This document shows, piece after piece, positions 22,051 to 36,853 of a stretch of DNA of 64,000 bases. The translations under genes were made by a program, and so were the position numbers. The stretch lies in assembly GCA_964016885.1 (NCBI GenBank), contig OZ024743.1, positions 245,830,001 to 245,894,000 on the forward strand. Direction: 5' to 3'. The notes under the pieces are model-generated. The model did no database searches and was not told the origin of the DNA. It saw only the letters and a program-made list of their open reading frames with translations. Position 1 is the stretch's first letter; every line of letters begins with the position of its first letter. Source of the DNA: Eledone cirrhosa (lineage: Eukaryota).

Positions 22051-25000
22051 TTCATTGGTCACAGTGACCCCAGGAAGACATGATCAATATCGACATCATC
22101 TTATCATCCAACATATTGATATCTCCAATATCTTTGCTATGACATTAGAGTGTATTTAAGAAAGAATATTTACTTGCTGTTTATCACAACCTGAAACAAA
22201 GCATCCCATTTTAAAGGGTTCCTACTTAAATTAAAACTTTCCAAAATAATTTCATATAAGAACATTTTGATATTTTGCAAAAACAATTTTAATGAAATTA
22301 CAATTTTAGTAACTCCTTCCCAAAAATCTTCATTAATTAATTAAAATACAGTGTTTGATTAGAAATATAGTAATGAAAAGATTAAGACAGTAAGATATGA
22401 TTTGAGGGAGAGTTTGCTGCTATTTCTACCAGGTTGAGTGGTCATGTAGAAACACTTTTATTGATTCCTTGTTATATACAGTAACATTGATATATGCGAC
22501 AGCTGTTGCACACTGCTGCAGCAAAATACCTGAATATAGACGGAAACAATAGAAAATTAAGCCAAAACTATCCCAGGGTGATAGAATACCATTATACTGT
22601 ATTTCATTTCTTCTTTACCATTTTCATATCAAACTGCCTGAAACTACTCTTGGTTCTGAGGTACAAAGCCATTTATTTTTAAATGTTCATAGTTATTTAA
22701 AAGCTTTCCATCATAATTCTATGTAAAAAATCTTTGTTATGCTTCAGACACAAACTTAATGAGTTTTCTAACATTGGCACAAGACCAGCAACTTGGGGGA
22801 AGCGGAAAGTCAATTATATCCACCCCAGTACTTAACTGCTACTATATTTTATCAACCCTGGAAGGTCAAAAAGCAGAGTTGGCCTAAACAGGATTTGAAC
22901 TCAGAACATAGAATGTCACAATTAAATGCTGTAAAGCATTTTGCCCAACGCTCTACTGATAATGTCAATCCACCAACCTAAACACCAACTCGATAATGAA
23001 AAAAATTAGTTATATTACTAAATCCCTCCAGATTCTTGATTATTTTCAAAATCATTTGAAAATCATAGACAGTGTCTTTCATTAAAAATATGGTAAAGAA
23101 AGGGTTAATCACCATTTTTCAATGAGCACAACTGACACCATCTCTACAACTGTGACTCTCCACTATCACCAACACTTTTACATACTTGCCCAACACTGCT
23201 ACTACCTTGACCATTTCCACCTCCCACAATCACCGGAGATTGTATGTGGTCATTCGACCTGCTAGAAATAGCAGTATAATCTCTTGGAAATTACATTCTA
23301 CTGTGTTTTAAAATAAAGGAAAGACATCTTGGGTAATGTAATTTGAGAAAACAGGATTGCCTTGATTAGACAGCTTTTGATTAGAGGTCTACTCAACCAG
23401 AGTTGACCTGTGGCTAAATAACAACCACTACCATAGTCAACAACCCAAGCACTACTTACTACCACTACTACTGACTTCATGAGGGCGGCTTCAATATAGT
23501 TACTTGACCTTGTAGAAAGAGCACCCAAATCTACCTAAAATCACACCTTACTCTCTTGAAAGGAATATTCTGTTAGATGCGTGATGATTGAAAGGACAGG
23601 GTGGATATGACTGAAATTCCCTCAGTCATAGGTCTGCCTGATCAGATCTGACCAGGGATTAATCAACAACAGTAAGGATGCATGTGACAATTTGGTCCCT
23701 GATATCTAGGTGATGAATTGGCAGATTACTTAGAATATAGGACAACATGCTTTGCAGTATTTGTTCCAGTTCTGTTTACTTAAGGATGGAAAAGGCAGTG
23801 TTAGTGACTCTTTCCAGGACCTCAGAAACTGATGGGTGAGACGGAAGAACAAACTAGAGCCCTGTTTGCGACAAATTGGACTCCACTAAAGTCACCTAAG
23901 TGCCAGGAAGCTTGTTAAGGCAGGCAACAGATTAGGTTTACAACACAAGTAGTCCCCAACAAGATTTGAACACAGAACAAAAAGTGCAAGAATAAATACC
24001 ACAAAACATCTTGTTTGTACTCTAACAATTCTGCCAATACACTGTCCTGGACTGGAACTTTATTTCATCAGCCCTGAAATAATTCTTTCTAACACTGGCA
24101 CAAGCCATAAATATAATGATTTCTACTTTAAGTTATGTAATTTTGGAGGAGAGAAAGCTGTAAACTAGTACTTTATTTTATCAACCCTTAAAGGATGAAA
24201 AGTAAAGTTAACCTCAGCAGGAATTTGAGCTCAGAACCCAACAAAAAGTGCCCAGTCCACATTGTAAAGTGGTCATGTTGGTGTCATAACAAAAAGCACC
24301 CAGCCCACACTGAAAATGTGGTTGGTGTTAGGAAGAGCATTCAGTTGTAGAAACCAAGCCAGAAACAGTTTGATCTGAGCAAGTCATTGTCACCTGATCT
24401 GACTTGTCTCAAATGGGACAACTTGTCTCAACCATGCTAGCGTGGAAAATGGATGTTAAATGGTGATGATGATGATGATGATGATGAACATAGAGAGATG
24501 GAGCAAATACCACAAGACTCTAATAATTCACCCAGTTCAAAAATGGAACAGATGAGAGACAGTTTTTCAACTAGATCAGTCTCAGACCATGGCAACTTGT
24601 CCAACCCATACCAGCAAGGAATGCTGACATAAAACGATGATGACAATGACAATGATAATTATGATTCCTATTGATAGGACTTCTGTTAGGTGGACTACCA
24701 TCACCATCACCACCACCACTTAGATCTGGCATACTAGGCTAGCTCTACAATGTATGCCCCCTTTTCCAGTTATGCACCCCATTCTCCTGAATTAAATGAT
24801 CTCAACTTATAGTTTGGTAAGCTGACAAACCTAGTTTTTGATTCTCATTGCTCTTACCACACAAAGAAAATTACTAAGCATGCATTTTCCACAACACAGT
24901 TCACACTCATCCATCCTTAATCATGTTATAGACTATAATGCTATATAATACTCTCTCCTGCTTTGGATATTTACACTACACTACTATGTGGTAAAGATAT

Positions 25001-26145
25001 CTACTGAATTATTTATTGATCACAGGAAATTACTATATATTTTATTTAATTATAGAAATTTGTATAAAACTGTGCATCTTTAAGGTACAGTGATGCACTT
25101 CCCCGAGGTCTGCACCCTAAGTGGCTGCCTAGTTAGCCTTAATGGTAGTACCAGCTCTACTACCTCTAGCACTGATAGCTGCAGATTTTCTCAATGACCA
25201 GGTAATCTCCACTTAATGACAGCTTCACATACAGTGGAGATTGAGGCTGTAAGAAAGAGAAGAGATTGAGAGAGAGAGAGAGAGAGAAAGTGAGTGAGAA
25301 AGTGAGTGAGAAAGAGAGACTGAGATAGGTAGAAAGAGAGAAAGAGAGAAAGAGAGAAAGAGAGAAAGAGAGAGATAGTGATTGAGAGAGAGACAGGATG
25401 ATTGAAGAGCTAAAATAAAACAGTTGAATAGACAATGACATGGTTAATCAGTTGTCAATAAGCCAGATAGATAGAACTACAAGACTACGACAAAGTATAA
25501 GCAGTGGAAGCAGAGTTTGTTTGATAATTGATGCTTATCTTAAATAGTGATTAAGTGAAAAGCAGCGGTTTAAATATTTGATTGAGTTGAAAGCATCAGA
25601 AGTAACCGCTACAGGAGGTCCACAGAAGGCTCGATCTAATTAGCCGTGTGTTCAAAGGACAGTAAGACTCAGGCAGTGGTTTAATATTTCACGTTTCATT
25701 CAGCTAAACATATTAGGGAAACTAAAAGTATATTAATGGTGGTGGTGGTGGTGGTGCTAGTGCTGGTGATGCTGGTAGTTGTAATGCTGGTGGTGGTGAT
25801 GGCAGTTGTTGTTGTTGTGGTGGTAGAATGATGTTGATGGTAGTAGAATGAAAGTGGTGGTGGAAGTAAGAGTTTGGTGGTAGTGATGGTAGTGTAATGG
25901 TGGTGGTGGTAAAAGGATTGTACCCCTAAAGACGGAAAAAAGTGGCCAGGAGCTACAATGAAGAATCAAATTCTGTAGGCATGGTTTCAGTGTCTTCTCA
26001 TGCTGATCAATTTGCTATCAGTGCAGTAACAAAAGGCATAACATGACAACAATACAAGGTTGAAAGGCAACACAAGTTAGGGTTTACATCACATAAAGTG
26101 AAGCAGAAAATAACAATAGGAGAACAGTAGATGTAACAATAACAA

Positions 26146-26352
26146 TAATTGTTTCTACTATAGACACAAGGCCAGCAATTTGAACCAATTAAATCAAACC
26201 CAGTGCATTACTGGTACTTTATTTTATCGACCCTGTAAGGATGAAAGGCAAAGCTAACCTCAGCAGGATTTGAACTCAGAATTTGAAGGGCCATAACTCT
26301 ATGTTACAAAATATAGTGTCTGACGCTCTACCAATTCTGCCAATCCACCACC
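26146..26352 (-). mobile_element. SINE family A
   Basis: aataattgtttctac...gatttgaactcag...gccaatccac. Confidence 0.85.
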
Positions 26353-26369
26353 CATATAACAATAGCAAT

Positions 26370-27150
26370 AATAAATAGCCATCATAACAATACAAAAAAA
26401 TAGAATAAGAATCAACAAGGAAATGTTCCCCAAAAGAGTAAAATCCCCTAGTAAACCCAGGATTATTTTGTTACATCAAGAGCATTGAAGGTGCCCTCTC
26501 CTAGTTTCTTTCTTCCTTCTTAGAAAAGCATAATCAGAGTAGTAGGCCCACTCGGCCATGTAAATCTAATTATTCACCAATTTTTCATGAAATACACAAG
26601 AAGGCAACACCTTTTTCCCCTTCCTCTGGTATCTGTAGAAGCTGATGATGTCTTGACTACAGAAGAAAATTCCTATGCTCAAACTTTTTAAACATGTCCA
26701 CCATACAGATTCTTTCACCATAGTCATCAGGCAGAAGACATGCTGTGCTTCTCTTTCAAGGGAAGGTGACAGTTCAATTACCACTATAGACCAGTCATGG
26801 GCAACCTGCGGCAAGTGGGCCACATGCGGCCTGCAAAATTTCTGAATGGCTCGCCTAAGTCACCTAAGTGAAATCTTTCTGATTTTTTTACCCTAAATTT
26901 TCAGTCGTAATTTATCTTTCTATCATTTTTACAATCGAGGAAAACAACGTGTACGAATTCTGAAGAAAAAAATCAAAACAACCTGAGTTACCACCCTCTA
27001 TTTTAATGTGGGCACGAATGTAAATTAGCGCTTGTGGCCCGCCTGATGATGAGCCATATCTCATGCGGCCTGATTCTTGAAAAAAGTTGCCCATGCCTGC
27101 TCTAGACTCAGCTGTTAGTAGGATCTAACCTACACATGATAGCAGCTGTT
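26370..27150 (-). mobile_element. Degenerate Tx1/L1-like 3' fragment interrupted by a hAT MITE
   Basis: VKESVWWTCLKSL is homologous to AKEVVWWTRLKGL at ~10 kb; the reading frame continues on the far side of the MITE. Confidence 0.55.
26792..27099. mobile_element. hAT (Charlie/Buster-type) MITE
   Basis: TIRs cagtcatgggcaac / gttgcccatgcctg; 8-bp TSD ctatagac / ctctagac fits the Charlie NTCTAGAN target. Confidence 0.85.
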
Positions 27151-27929
27151 TGACATAATCAAGATGAGCTATGGAAGGACATGTCACATGAAAGGCATCT
27201 GCACTGGTTGGCCTTTGCTTTTGTTGTCATTGTTGCAGTGGTTATGGTAATTTGCAGTGGTAGTGTGTATGATGGTTTCATTGCCCTGCAACAAGTTCAG
27301 TTGTTGGAACTTCTGTGCATGTAGAGCTTGTCTCAAATTGCTAATTCCCTGCTGCCATGTCAAGGATTTTTGAAAATTTTCCTTAATACCGAACCTGAAA
27401 GTCCTACAAAAGAAGCTGCAAACTCTGTCTTATTTGATGCTTAGAACCACTCTTGGTCATTATTCTCATACCCTCTACTAATTCTCTGTTTTCTGGCCAC
27501 TGATTGCATTTTCAATCTGGAAAAATATCATGAGTGCCTGGCAGCATTCTAAATGCCAGGCACTCAACCTCAGTCCTCACTTGACCCAGGACTAACTTAA
27601 TCAAGAAGATGAGCTATAGAAAGACAGGACGCATGAAAGGCATCCACATTGATGGGCTTTTGTTTTTGTTGTCATTGTTGTCGCAGTGGGTGTGGTAATT
27701 TTGCAGGTGCATTAGCTGCAGTGCAAGCCTGTGCATCATTAGCAATGGTATCCCAAGACCACCACAGAGTAAGTGTTGGGAGCAGATGAATTTTCTGGCT
27801 AGTGTGGTTTATCTCTTCCACAAAAAGTGATAGAGCAAGTGCTCCAGTCAGGTCAGGTGTTTACTGGGACACAACACGATGGTTAGATGGTAGCACACCA
27901 ACAAAATAATGTAGGAATTAGCAAATAAT

Positions 27930-28133
27930 AATAATTGTTTCTACTTTTTGGCACAAGGCCAGCAATTACCCAGTGCATTACTGGTACTTTATTTTATTGA
28001 CCCCATAAGGATGAAAGGCAAAGTTAACCTCGGTGGGATTTGAACTCAGAATGGCAAGGGCCGTAACTCTATGCGTCAAATAGAGTTACGGCCCTTGCCA
28101 TTCTGAGTTCAAATCCCGCCAAGGTTAACTTTG
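27930..28133 (-). mobile_element. SINE family A with a fold-back (5'-inverted) end, flanked by a target-site duplication
   Basis: 54-bp arms 28019-28072 / 28080-28133; direct repeat atgtaggaattagcaaataat at 27909 and 28134. Confidence 0.85.
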
Positions 28134-31100
28134 ATGTAGGAATTAGCAAATAATAATAATGATAATAGTAATGTGACAAACTAAAAAGCTACATCTTGCT
28201 CCAACACACTCAGCTGAATGGTAGGGGGTTCAGACTAAATGGTAGATGGGTGGGTGAGTGGGACTGAATGTTTGATAATTGCTGTTCATGACCATTGACT
28301 CTCAACTAAAAATATACACTGAAGCAAAATATCAAACTTGAATGTTGCATGTTTAGTCTATGTAAAGAGAGCATCAACAACACCATGTCTAGATGTCCCA
28401 CACTGACTACTTCAGAATATATCAGGAGGCATGTCAAGGTTTCTGGATGACTATTTACCTTCAATATGCAGTGTGGGTGCATGGTTAAGAAGTTTGCTTT
28501 GCAATCATTAGATCTTGTGCAAGTGCCATTTATCACAGCCTGAGGTCAACCCAACCCTCATGAAAGAAATTGGGTAGATGGAAATTATTTGGAAGCCTGT
28601 TGGATACACTTTACCTGTAATTCAAAAGGGCGGCCTTGTCACTCACTGTGTTGTGCTGAATCTCCCTGAGAATGGTGTTAAGGATACATGAGTCTATAAA
28701 ATTCTCAGCCACTTATAGGTTAATTTCATGAGCAAGCTGTTAAGTTAATAAAAGAACTGGAAAACTCAGCGTTGAAACTGACAGAGGCCTATTCCATTCC
28801 ATTGTTAATATATGTAAGGTTATAAAAGATCTTGGCAGCAGAAAAATGGTATAAGCATACTCAAAAAACAGCTGTGAACAAAAATATTTCCCCCATGACT
28901 ATCCCACCTCCTTAAGTTTATCTCATAGTAAATTATCTGATGTTTCCTTCCATTTTTAGCCCTTCTAATATCAAACAACAGGTAGAAGAGAAAGAGGTGA
29001 AAGAGAATTAGAAAGAGAGGGTGATAGAGGGGAGAGCCGAGGATGAGGGAGAGAAAGTAAGAGACAGGTAGATGTTGATTGTTGGTGAGAAGTTTTAATA
29101 TGAACCACATAGGCAGCATGATGAGGGAAAAGAAAAATATAGGATAATGTCGATGAACCATGGAAGTGGTAAAGTATGATACAAAACAGAAATATAAATA
29201 ACTGTTTAGTAAACCTTTGAAATATAAAGTTCATGAGACAGAAATATAGAAAATGTGAGTATGGACACAAAAAAACAGTAAAAAATGATACAAAAGAGAA
29301 AAGAGCAGAAATGCCAGACAAAAGTTCTATATAAAAAGTTCAAAAATAATTGTTCTAGGAAGTGTTAATATTCTGCGTAAAATATCATCTTCATCATTTT
29401 ATGGATCACAAGCTGTGATACCAGCATGGAAAGAGGGTGTAAAATTATGATAATGATAATGATGCTGCTTATCAATGGTTTGAACAAGATTTTTTTTAGG
29501 TGGTATTTTACAGTCCAGTGCCCTTTATGACATCAACTCTAACTTGTACTTAGTCCAACTTATCTGCTGGATATAAACAAATATCATTGACTGCCCAAGC
29601 AGTGTCAGAGTGAAGACAGATGGAGACAAACACACACACACATATGGAAACAAACACACACACACAATCAGTTTCTCACAGTATCCATCAACCAAAATTC
29701 ACTTCCAAAGCATTGGCCAACTCAAGGTTATAATAGAAGGCACTTTCCTGTGGTGCTATACAGTAGGGATGAAACCTGAAACTAAGTGGTTTTGAAGGGA
29801 AAAAGGCTTACAAAGTACAAATCTTGTTTATTTGAGTTATAGAATAGCTTCAGTAGAGTACATGTAATTTGAACAGAACAAGATCATGTTCAATGAACAT
29901 AAATACAGGGGAAAGTAAGAAACTTAGTAAATATATCTAACCTACCAGCTTATGCCCTCTCTTCTCCTCTCAAATGACTCATAAAAAATATAGCATTTTG
30001 GTTCCATCTCATTAAACATGGACAGAAACAGGCTGTAGTTAATGAAGCGCTTAAGAGAAATGGTGATGTGAATTACAATTACACACACCATTGTCAAATG
30101 TACTATTATTGATCAAAAAGGTGAGAAGAGATCCCAGCAAACTGAGTCCATGAAGGAGTTCAGATTCTTGGTTGAAGCCAAGTTCTCCTGACTTACTTTA
30201 TGTGGTGAATTGGCAAAAATCATTAGAACGTCAGGTAGAATGTTTTATGGTGTTCCTTACGGCTCTCTGCACTCTTTGAGTTCAAATCCCACCAAGGTGA
30301 ACATTGTCTTTCATTCTTTTGAAGATGAAAAAAAAAAGTACTAGTCCAGTACTAGAGTCGATTCTTCTTCTATATCTCTTTATTACTCACCCACCTCCTC
30401 TGTGTTCAGACCTGGAGAGGAGATGGGCTCTGCCAGGTTGAAAGTGATCAAGATACACCGTATATCAGAATGGTACCTCGTCAATTTTACATCCATTTTT
30501 CCTTGCTGGTATAGGCTAGCTGAATCTTTTTGAAGCAGAATTCTATTAGTAGATGTCCTTCCTGATGCCAAACCTCCATTATTTTTGTTGTTTTTTCTCA
30601 ACCCTTTTGATACCAACTCTGGTTCTATGAAACAAAACCTCCCAATTTAATGAGTTCCTATTTAAATTAAAATCTTCCAACATAATTTTATATAAGAACC
30701 ATGTTAAGTTATTATCTTTGTACTTTAGTAATGAAATAATAATTTTAGTAAATCCCTCAAAATTCTTCATTAATTAATTGAAATAGAGTGTATATCATTA
30801 GAGATATGGTCATGAAAAGGTTACGTAAGGTACATATTTTCCTACATCTAACTTCTGAACAGTAGGACTCTGTTTACATAGAATGTAAACAAATATCACA
30901 ACCTGTACAAACAATGTTGAAAAGACAAGTAGGGAAAAGATTGAGTCAAACATAAACATATACACATGCACTAGGGTGTTCCATTTTGCAAACTATTCAC
31001 CAATCATATGTTGATTATGCTCATGTTCGAATTGATGAGATAATGAAATATGCTAAATCATAGGTCAATCGAATAATATTTAGGGGGTTGCACACTTTCA

Positions 31101-31857
31101 CATCTTTTTATTTAAGATGATTTTTTTGGGACTTGGCCAGTGGTATATTGTCCTTTCTGTTCACTTTACTGAATCCAATGAGGAAACCAAATGACAGAAG
31201 GAAATAAGATGAAAATAAACAGAAAGAAGACGTTCTAAATACACAATAATATTAGGGTTGAATAGAGAAACACTTTATGAATGAAATTTATTACCAGAAA
31301 CAAATTTTTCTAGATCTCTCAACTCAGGTGATGTAACCTTAAGTTCCTCTTTTAACAGAACTATCTTAATCACATATATGGCCTTAGCCATCAAATGAGC
31401 CTGGTAGTAAGCTCCTGTGACCAAAAAGGAGAACTGGGGAGATGGTCAGCCACCAAGACAGAGAAGGCAGAGCTTTATGAACTCAGGATAGTCTTCTCGG
31501 GGATGATCTCTAGAAAGCAGTATAGTCAGTAGATATTCAACCATCTCTTCCCTTTTTTGCTTTTAACTATATTCCATTGGCTATTCATTTGATAATGAGA
31601 TTTATCTATGGAGTCATAATGTTCCTGGAACTTTTTGAACAGTGGAAGACTGGGATGAGATAATGGGAAAAAGATCTCAAAGACTTACTTCAAAACCAGT
31701 TCAAGAATGTGATGGTGGCAAACTAACCACAAAAGAGATTTTTTCAGAGTTGTTTCAAGTTTCGCATTAGCTCCTTGGTGCATACCGGTGTTACTGGTGG
31801 AGGTGTTGAAGGACAATTATTCAAATCAACTTCAGTGATCTATTATCTGTTTCTATG

Positions 31858-32050
31858 AAGGCAGTGGATTGGCAGTATCGGTAGAGGGTCGGACGCCATG
31901 CTTTGACGCATAGAGTTACGGTCCTTGCCATTCTGAGTTCAAATCCCGCCGAGGTTTACTTTGCCTTTCATCCTTACGGGGTTGATAAAATGAAATACCA
32001 GTAATGCACTGGGTAATTGCTGGCCTTGTGCCAAAAGTAGAAACAATTAT
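31858..32050 (+). mobile_element. Full-length tRNA-derived SINE family A
   Basis: A box tggcagtatcggtag, B box gagttcaaatcc; 16-bp TSD attatctgtttctatg at 31842 and 32046. Confidence 0.9.
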
Positions 32051-33199
32051 CTGTTTCTATGTCTTGCAATCAGAACACCTAAGAGCTCCTCCTTTCCTTT
32101 TCCTGTAATTAAAACTGCAATCCAATCTTTGAGTGTACTGGATTGGGAAGCCAGAATCTGTCAGCAGGTGGGAAAGCAGATAATTCGATTTCCTGAGCCA
32201 TCTGCTCACAGCGACTGATTCTTGCTCATTACACAATTGAGAGGGAAATGTTGCCTTTCATGCTTTCAGTTTTGATAAAATAAAGTATCAATCTAATACT
32301 GGAGTTAGTTATTGTTCTTTTTTTTTTAGAAGAAATCAGCCACTTTCAGTCCTGGAGAGGGTTGTTATCTGCCAGATTTAAATGTGTATCTAGTGTTATC
32401 TAATGTGTCCTCCTTTGGTATTGTTGTTGTTTAAATCATGGCCAGTTCTGATTCTGTAAATCTATGATAAAAAGATGTTCCAGTCATGATCAATACATCT
32501 TTTATTCAAACAAAATGTATCTTGAATTACATTATCTCATTTGTTCCTCCTTGTAGTTTTTGTTATTTAGCCCCAGGTCAATTGTGATCCTGCAGATTTA
32601 TGATCATGAATGTTCCAGCCATGATTATTCCATCTTTTATTCAAATCAAGTGAATATAGGATTATATGATCTAATGTGTCCTTCCTTCTTGTTGTTTAGC
32701 TCCAGGTCAACCCCTCCTTTCTTCCTGTGTGTTAGAAGTTAGTCTACCATGGACAATTTCTGTAGTTAATTAAGTTTAAATATAACTTTTGTTAATTCAC
32801 ATAAATTCTGCTTCTGTTTATGGACACAATATAGCTGAATGATTAAGAAGTTCACTCAATCATTAGGTCCAGGGTTCAATTCCATTGTAACATCTTGGGC
32901 AAATGTCATTTCCTATAGCCTAAGGTTGACCCAAGCCTTGTGGGTGAAATGGGGTAAGTGAAAACTGTTTGGACTGTATGTGTAATTCAAAGGTCCAGCT
33001 TTGTCACACACTGAATTATGTTGAAATTATCTGAGAATTATGTGTCTGTAGAATGCTCATCCATTTCCACATTAATTTCATGAGTAGGATGTTCCAGAGA
33101 TCAAATAATTTAATGCTCATTGTTTAAACATCCTCCATCTGTTTTGATGATGAGTTTTCCAGTTGTTCGATCAATGTATATATATATAAACTTAAGAAA

Positions 33200-33470
33200 A
33201 TTAACAAAGAGAGGATATGACACCAAACGGAAACAACAAAATGAAAAACAATTTTTTAAAGGGAAACCTTCAAAAATTATTTAAAAAAAATAAAATACAA
33301 ACAAAGGACCCAGAACTCCATGGACATCGGCTGTTGAAATGGACTTTGGCAGTTCCAACCCCTACCAACGGTACCGCTGGTCCATCCGGGGTCACAGTGT
33401 CTGACATAAGTCAAACGCTGTCCAGTGAAGTATGAGATGAGAGACAACACATTTATTTATAACAATTAAG
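33200..33470 (+). repeat. PLE-like terminal fragment with a degenerate hammerhead (33325-33428)
   Basis: CTGTTGA...gactttggcag / ctgacataagtc-AAA-cgct-gtc; both core motifs mutated; (TA)n lies immediately upstream. Confidence 0.4.
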
Positions 33471-33589
33471 CTACAAAACACATAGAATTTTGTGTGACTT
33501 CAGGGAAAAAGTGTGGTGCCTCTTATATCATAAAAGACATGAATGAAATAAAGAAAAAAAGCATGAAGGAGTAATTAAGATACGACTGT

Positions 33590-34016
33590 ATAGCACAAAG
33601 AGCGATGCTGCGGAAGTGATGGGCTGTGACTAGAGGACAAGCGTAGACTGGAGAGAAATGAAGCATCCATCGGATGTGCAATGTAAGTGTGGGAGAGGCA
33701 GAGCTTGTATGAGATGAAGGATAAGCTGGGTTTAAGAGGAATTCAAGGTAGTGTGCAGGAGAGAAGATTGTCTTGGTTTGGACATGTGATGTGCATGGAC
33801 AATGATTGTTGGGTAAAGAAGTGCCAGTGGAAGGAAGTTGTGGTAGAGCTAAACCAAGAAAGACCTGGGCAGAGCTTGTGAGAGCTAACCCCCAATCACT
33901 GAGACTCACAGAGACGATAACAAAGGATCACAACATGTGGGGAGTTGCTGTGCTGAGAAGAACCCATCCAACCAATGCAAACGTGGAAAAGCAGTCGTAA
34001 AAATGACGATGATGAG
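33590..34016 (+). mobile_element. Degenerate RTE 3' fragment
   Basis: LRGIQGSVQERRLSWFGHV; gatgacgatgatg tail. Confidence 0.85.
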
Positions 34017-35379
34017 GATATATATATATATATTAGGAATGTATCAATGAGAAAATTATCCAATCACTGATTCCCAATTAACTGGTTACCTATTATCTAT
34101 AACCTAATTATGTATTGTGATATGAAAATGCGTATTATAATTAACTGTAAGTAATATTCTATAATATTTCATAATTAATCACATTTATCGAGCTACTAAT
34201 TAAAAATACATGATGACAAAATTAAGCTAATTTTACTATAGGAGGCAACATATACAAGCCCACCAGAAACTGGTGATGATATATATGTATGTATGTATGT
34301 ATTTATGTGTGTATCTTCACTTATGCATATTGGCAAAAAATATATACATCATAAAAAAACAACTGTAAAACCAATGGTTTATGAGGAAAGTCCCTTGGGA
34401 TATTTGTTCTGCATCAAGTTACAGACACTCCCTTCTCATTCTCACTATCAGAAAAGCAGTGAATTCCTCTACATATTTCTGAAATTTTAATAATTGAATA
34501 CTTGAAGTCTTACATATTATTAGCTGTATTAATTAATAGAGAGAATGAATAAAATGGAACACAGAAAATATATATATAATGTCTGTATAACTATTTAAAT
34601 CCTCACCAGCAGCACCATCGCTACAACCACCATTATCATTACTATCACCACCACCATGTCACCCTCACCTTACCAGTACAACCAAAACACCTCTACCATC
34701 ACTACGACTAAACCACCACTAATATCATTATCACCATTTTTATTACTACCAATTTATTTAAAGCACCAACAACACTATTACCACCATATCCACCACCGCC
34801 ACCATTATTCCAACCACCATACCACCACCATACCATCACCATCACACCACTAACACCTCCATACCACCAACATCAGCCCCTCCCCACCGCCACCACCCTA
34901 CTGTTACTGTAATGTTCTGTAATATCTATCACTTTTTGTCAGACATAGAGTCATATTTGATATGGGTAAACATGTACAGTCAAATAAACTGACATCCAGT
35001 TACATGTAACATAATATATTTATGTTCTTTATATTTTGAAAGTATGTTATCTCGTTGTAAGTGGCTACAACACAGGTTTGACTATAAAGTAGTCAAGCAT
35101 ATTGGACATATAAATTGATAAAAATGGAAAGAAATGAAAAGAGTCGCCTGTAGGATTCAAACTCACATTTGCTGTATACCGGATGACTGTGATACCATTT
35201 CACCAAAGTGAGACTGACATCCTACCCATCATTTGTAAGTTTTGTCTATCAGCTAGATGTAAATAAAGAAACAACCAATTTATGAGGTGATGAACAAATT
35301 TGAATTTTGAAGATGACCTGCCTTCCCATACACACAGACTCAAACATACATCTAGCAGGCACCTCTTAACCACTATACT

Positions 35380-35700
35380 CCCTTCTGTACATCCCCCCAC
35401 ACCTATACACCCGCTCTCCCACTTCTGTCCACACCACCCTTACTCTGTAAAGTTATGTTGGCATCACAAAAAATATCCAGCCCACACTGTAATGTGGTCG
35501 TGTAGGAGTCACGATAAAAAGCGCCCAGCACACACAGTAAATGTGGTTGGCGTTAGGAAGGACATCCAGCCATAGAAACCTAGCAAGAAACAGTTCAATA
35601 TCAGCAAGACACGGCCACCTGACCTAACTTGCCTCTAATGGGAGAGCCCGTCTCACCCATGCTAGCGTAGAAAATGGACATTAAATGATGATGATGATTA
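35380..35700 (+). mobile_element. RTE-tailed 3' fragment with 2 modules
   Basis: Same layout as 8770-9130. Confidence 0.8.
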
Positions 35701-36225
35701 TGACAAAAATTGCAACAAGTGGAAAGATGCTGTACTGAAAGGACCCATCCAATCTATGCAATCATGGAACAGCATTTGTAAAAATGATGACGATGATGTT
35801 AGCTTATTGTAAGCTGCTACAATGTAAGTAAAAAATGTTTGGCATATTAACCCTTAAAGATAAAAAAAACAAAACAAAGCAGCTTGCAAAACTCAAAATC
35901 ACATCTGCTGTATGCCAGGCAGCTATGTGGTTCAACTTTTTTACATGTTTGAGCAGCTTGCAATAAGCTTTGATCAACACTCCAAAATACAATTGCCATG
36001 TTTCCTTGAAGTTTTTAATTCTTTGACAGCAGGCCATGCTGAAGCATGTCCCAGACATGTCCCATTATATTGACCATATTGCTTTGTCTGGTATTTATCT
36101 TATTTCTAGTTATTAATCCTAATGCTATCATTACCATATTTTTTATGAAAGACACTGCCCATAATTTCCACTTGATTTTGAAAATAATCGAGAATTTACA
36201 AGAATTTAGTAAAATAACTTTCTCA

Positions 36226-36413
36226 TAATTGTTTCTACTTTAGGCACAAGGCCAGCAATTACCCAGTGTATTACTGGTACTTTATTTTATCGACCCCGTA
36301 AGGATGAAAGGCAAAGTAAACCTCGGCAGGATCTGAACTCAGACTGTAAAGGGACGTAACTATGCTGGAAAGCATGGTGTCCGACTCTCTACCGATACTG
36401 CCAATCCACCGCT
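36226..36413 (-). mobile_element. SINE family A
   Basis: Reverse complement of 31858-32050. Confidence 0.88.
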
Positions 36414-36653
36414 CATAATAAGCTGATGTTTGAAACATAACAAAGGTTCTTATATAGAATTATGATAGAAGGTTTTTTAGGTAAATACAATCACCTTAAT
36501 ACAGCCAATTTCAAAGTTTCGTATAAAAAGTGTTAATTGATTAAGTTGCTTTTTGATGTAAAGGGACACACTGCTAAACACACACACACACACACACATA
36601 AACACACATATTTCCAGACACATACTCACACAAACACATACTCACAGACACAA

Positions 36654-36853
36654 NNNNNNNNNNNNNNNNNNNNNNNNNNNNNNNNNNNNNNNNNNNNNNN
36701 NNNNNNNNNNNNNNNNNNNNNNNNNNNNNNNNNNNNNNNNNNNNNNNNNNNNNNNNNNNNNNNNNNNNNNNNNNNNNNNNNNNNNNNNNNNNNNNNNNNN
36801 NNNNNNNNNNNNNNNNNNNNNNNNNNNNNNNNNNNNNNNNNNNNNNNNNNNNN
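36654..36853. other. Assembly gap (200 N) beside a (CA)n run
   Basis: Run of N. Confidence 1.

Noticed and set aside
31270-31830. Possible coding exon or old LINE RT fragment
   Set aside because: No convincing open frame, splice pair or recognisable motif.
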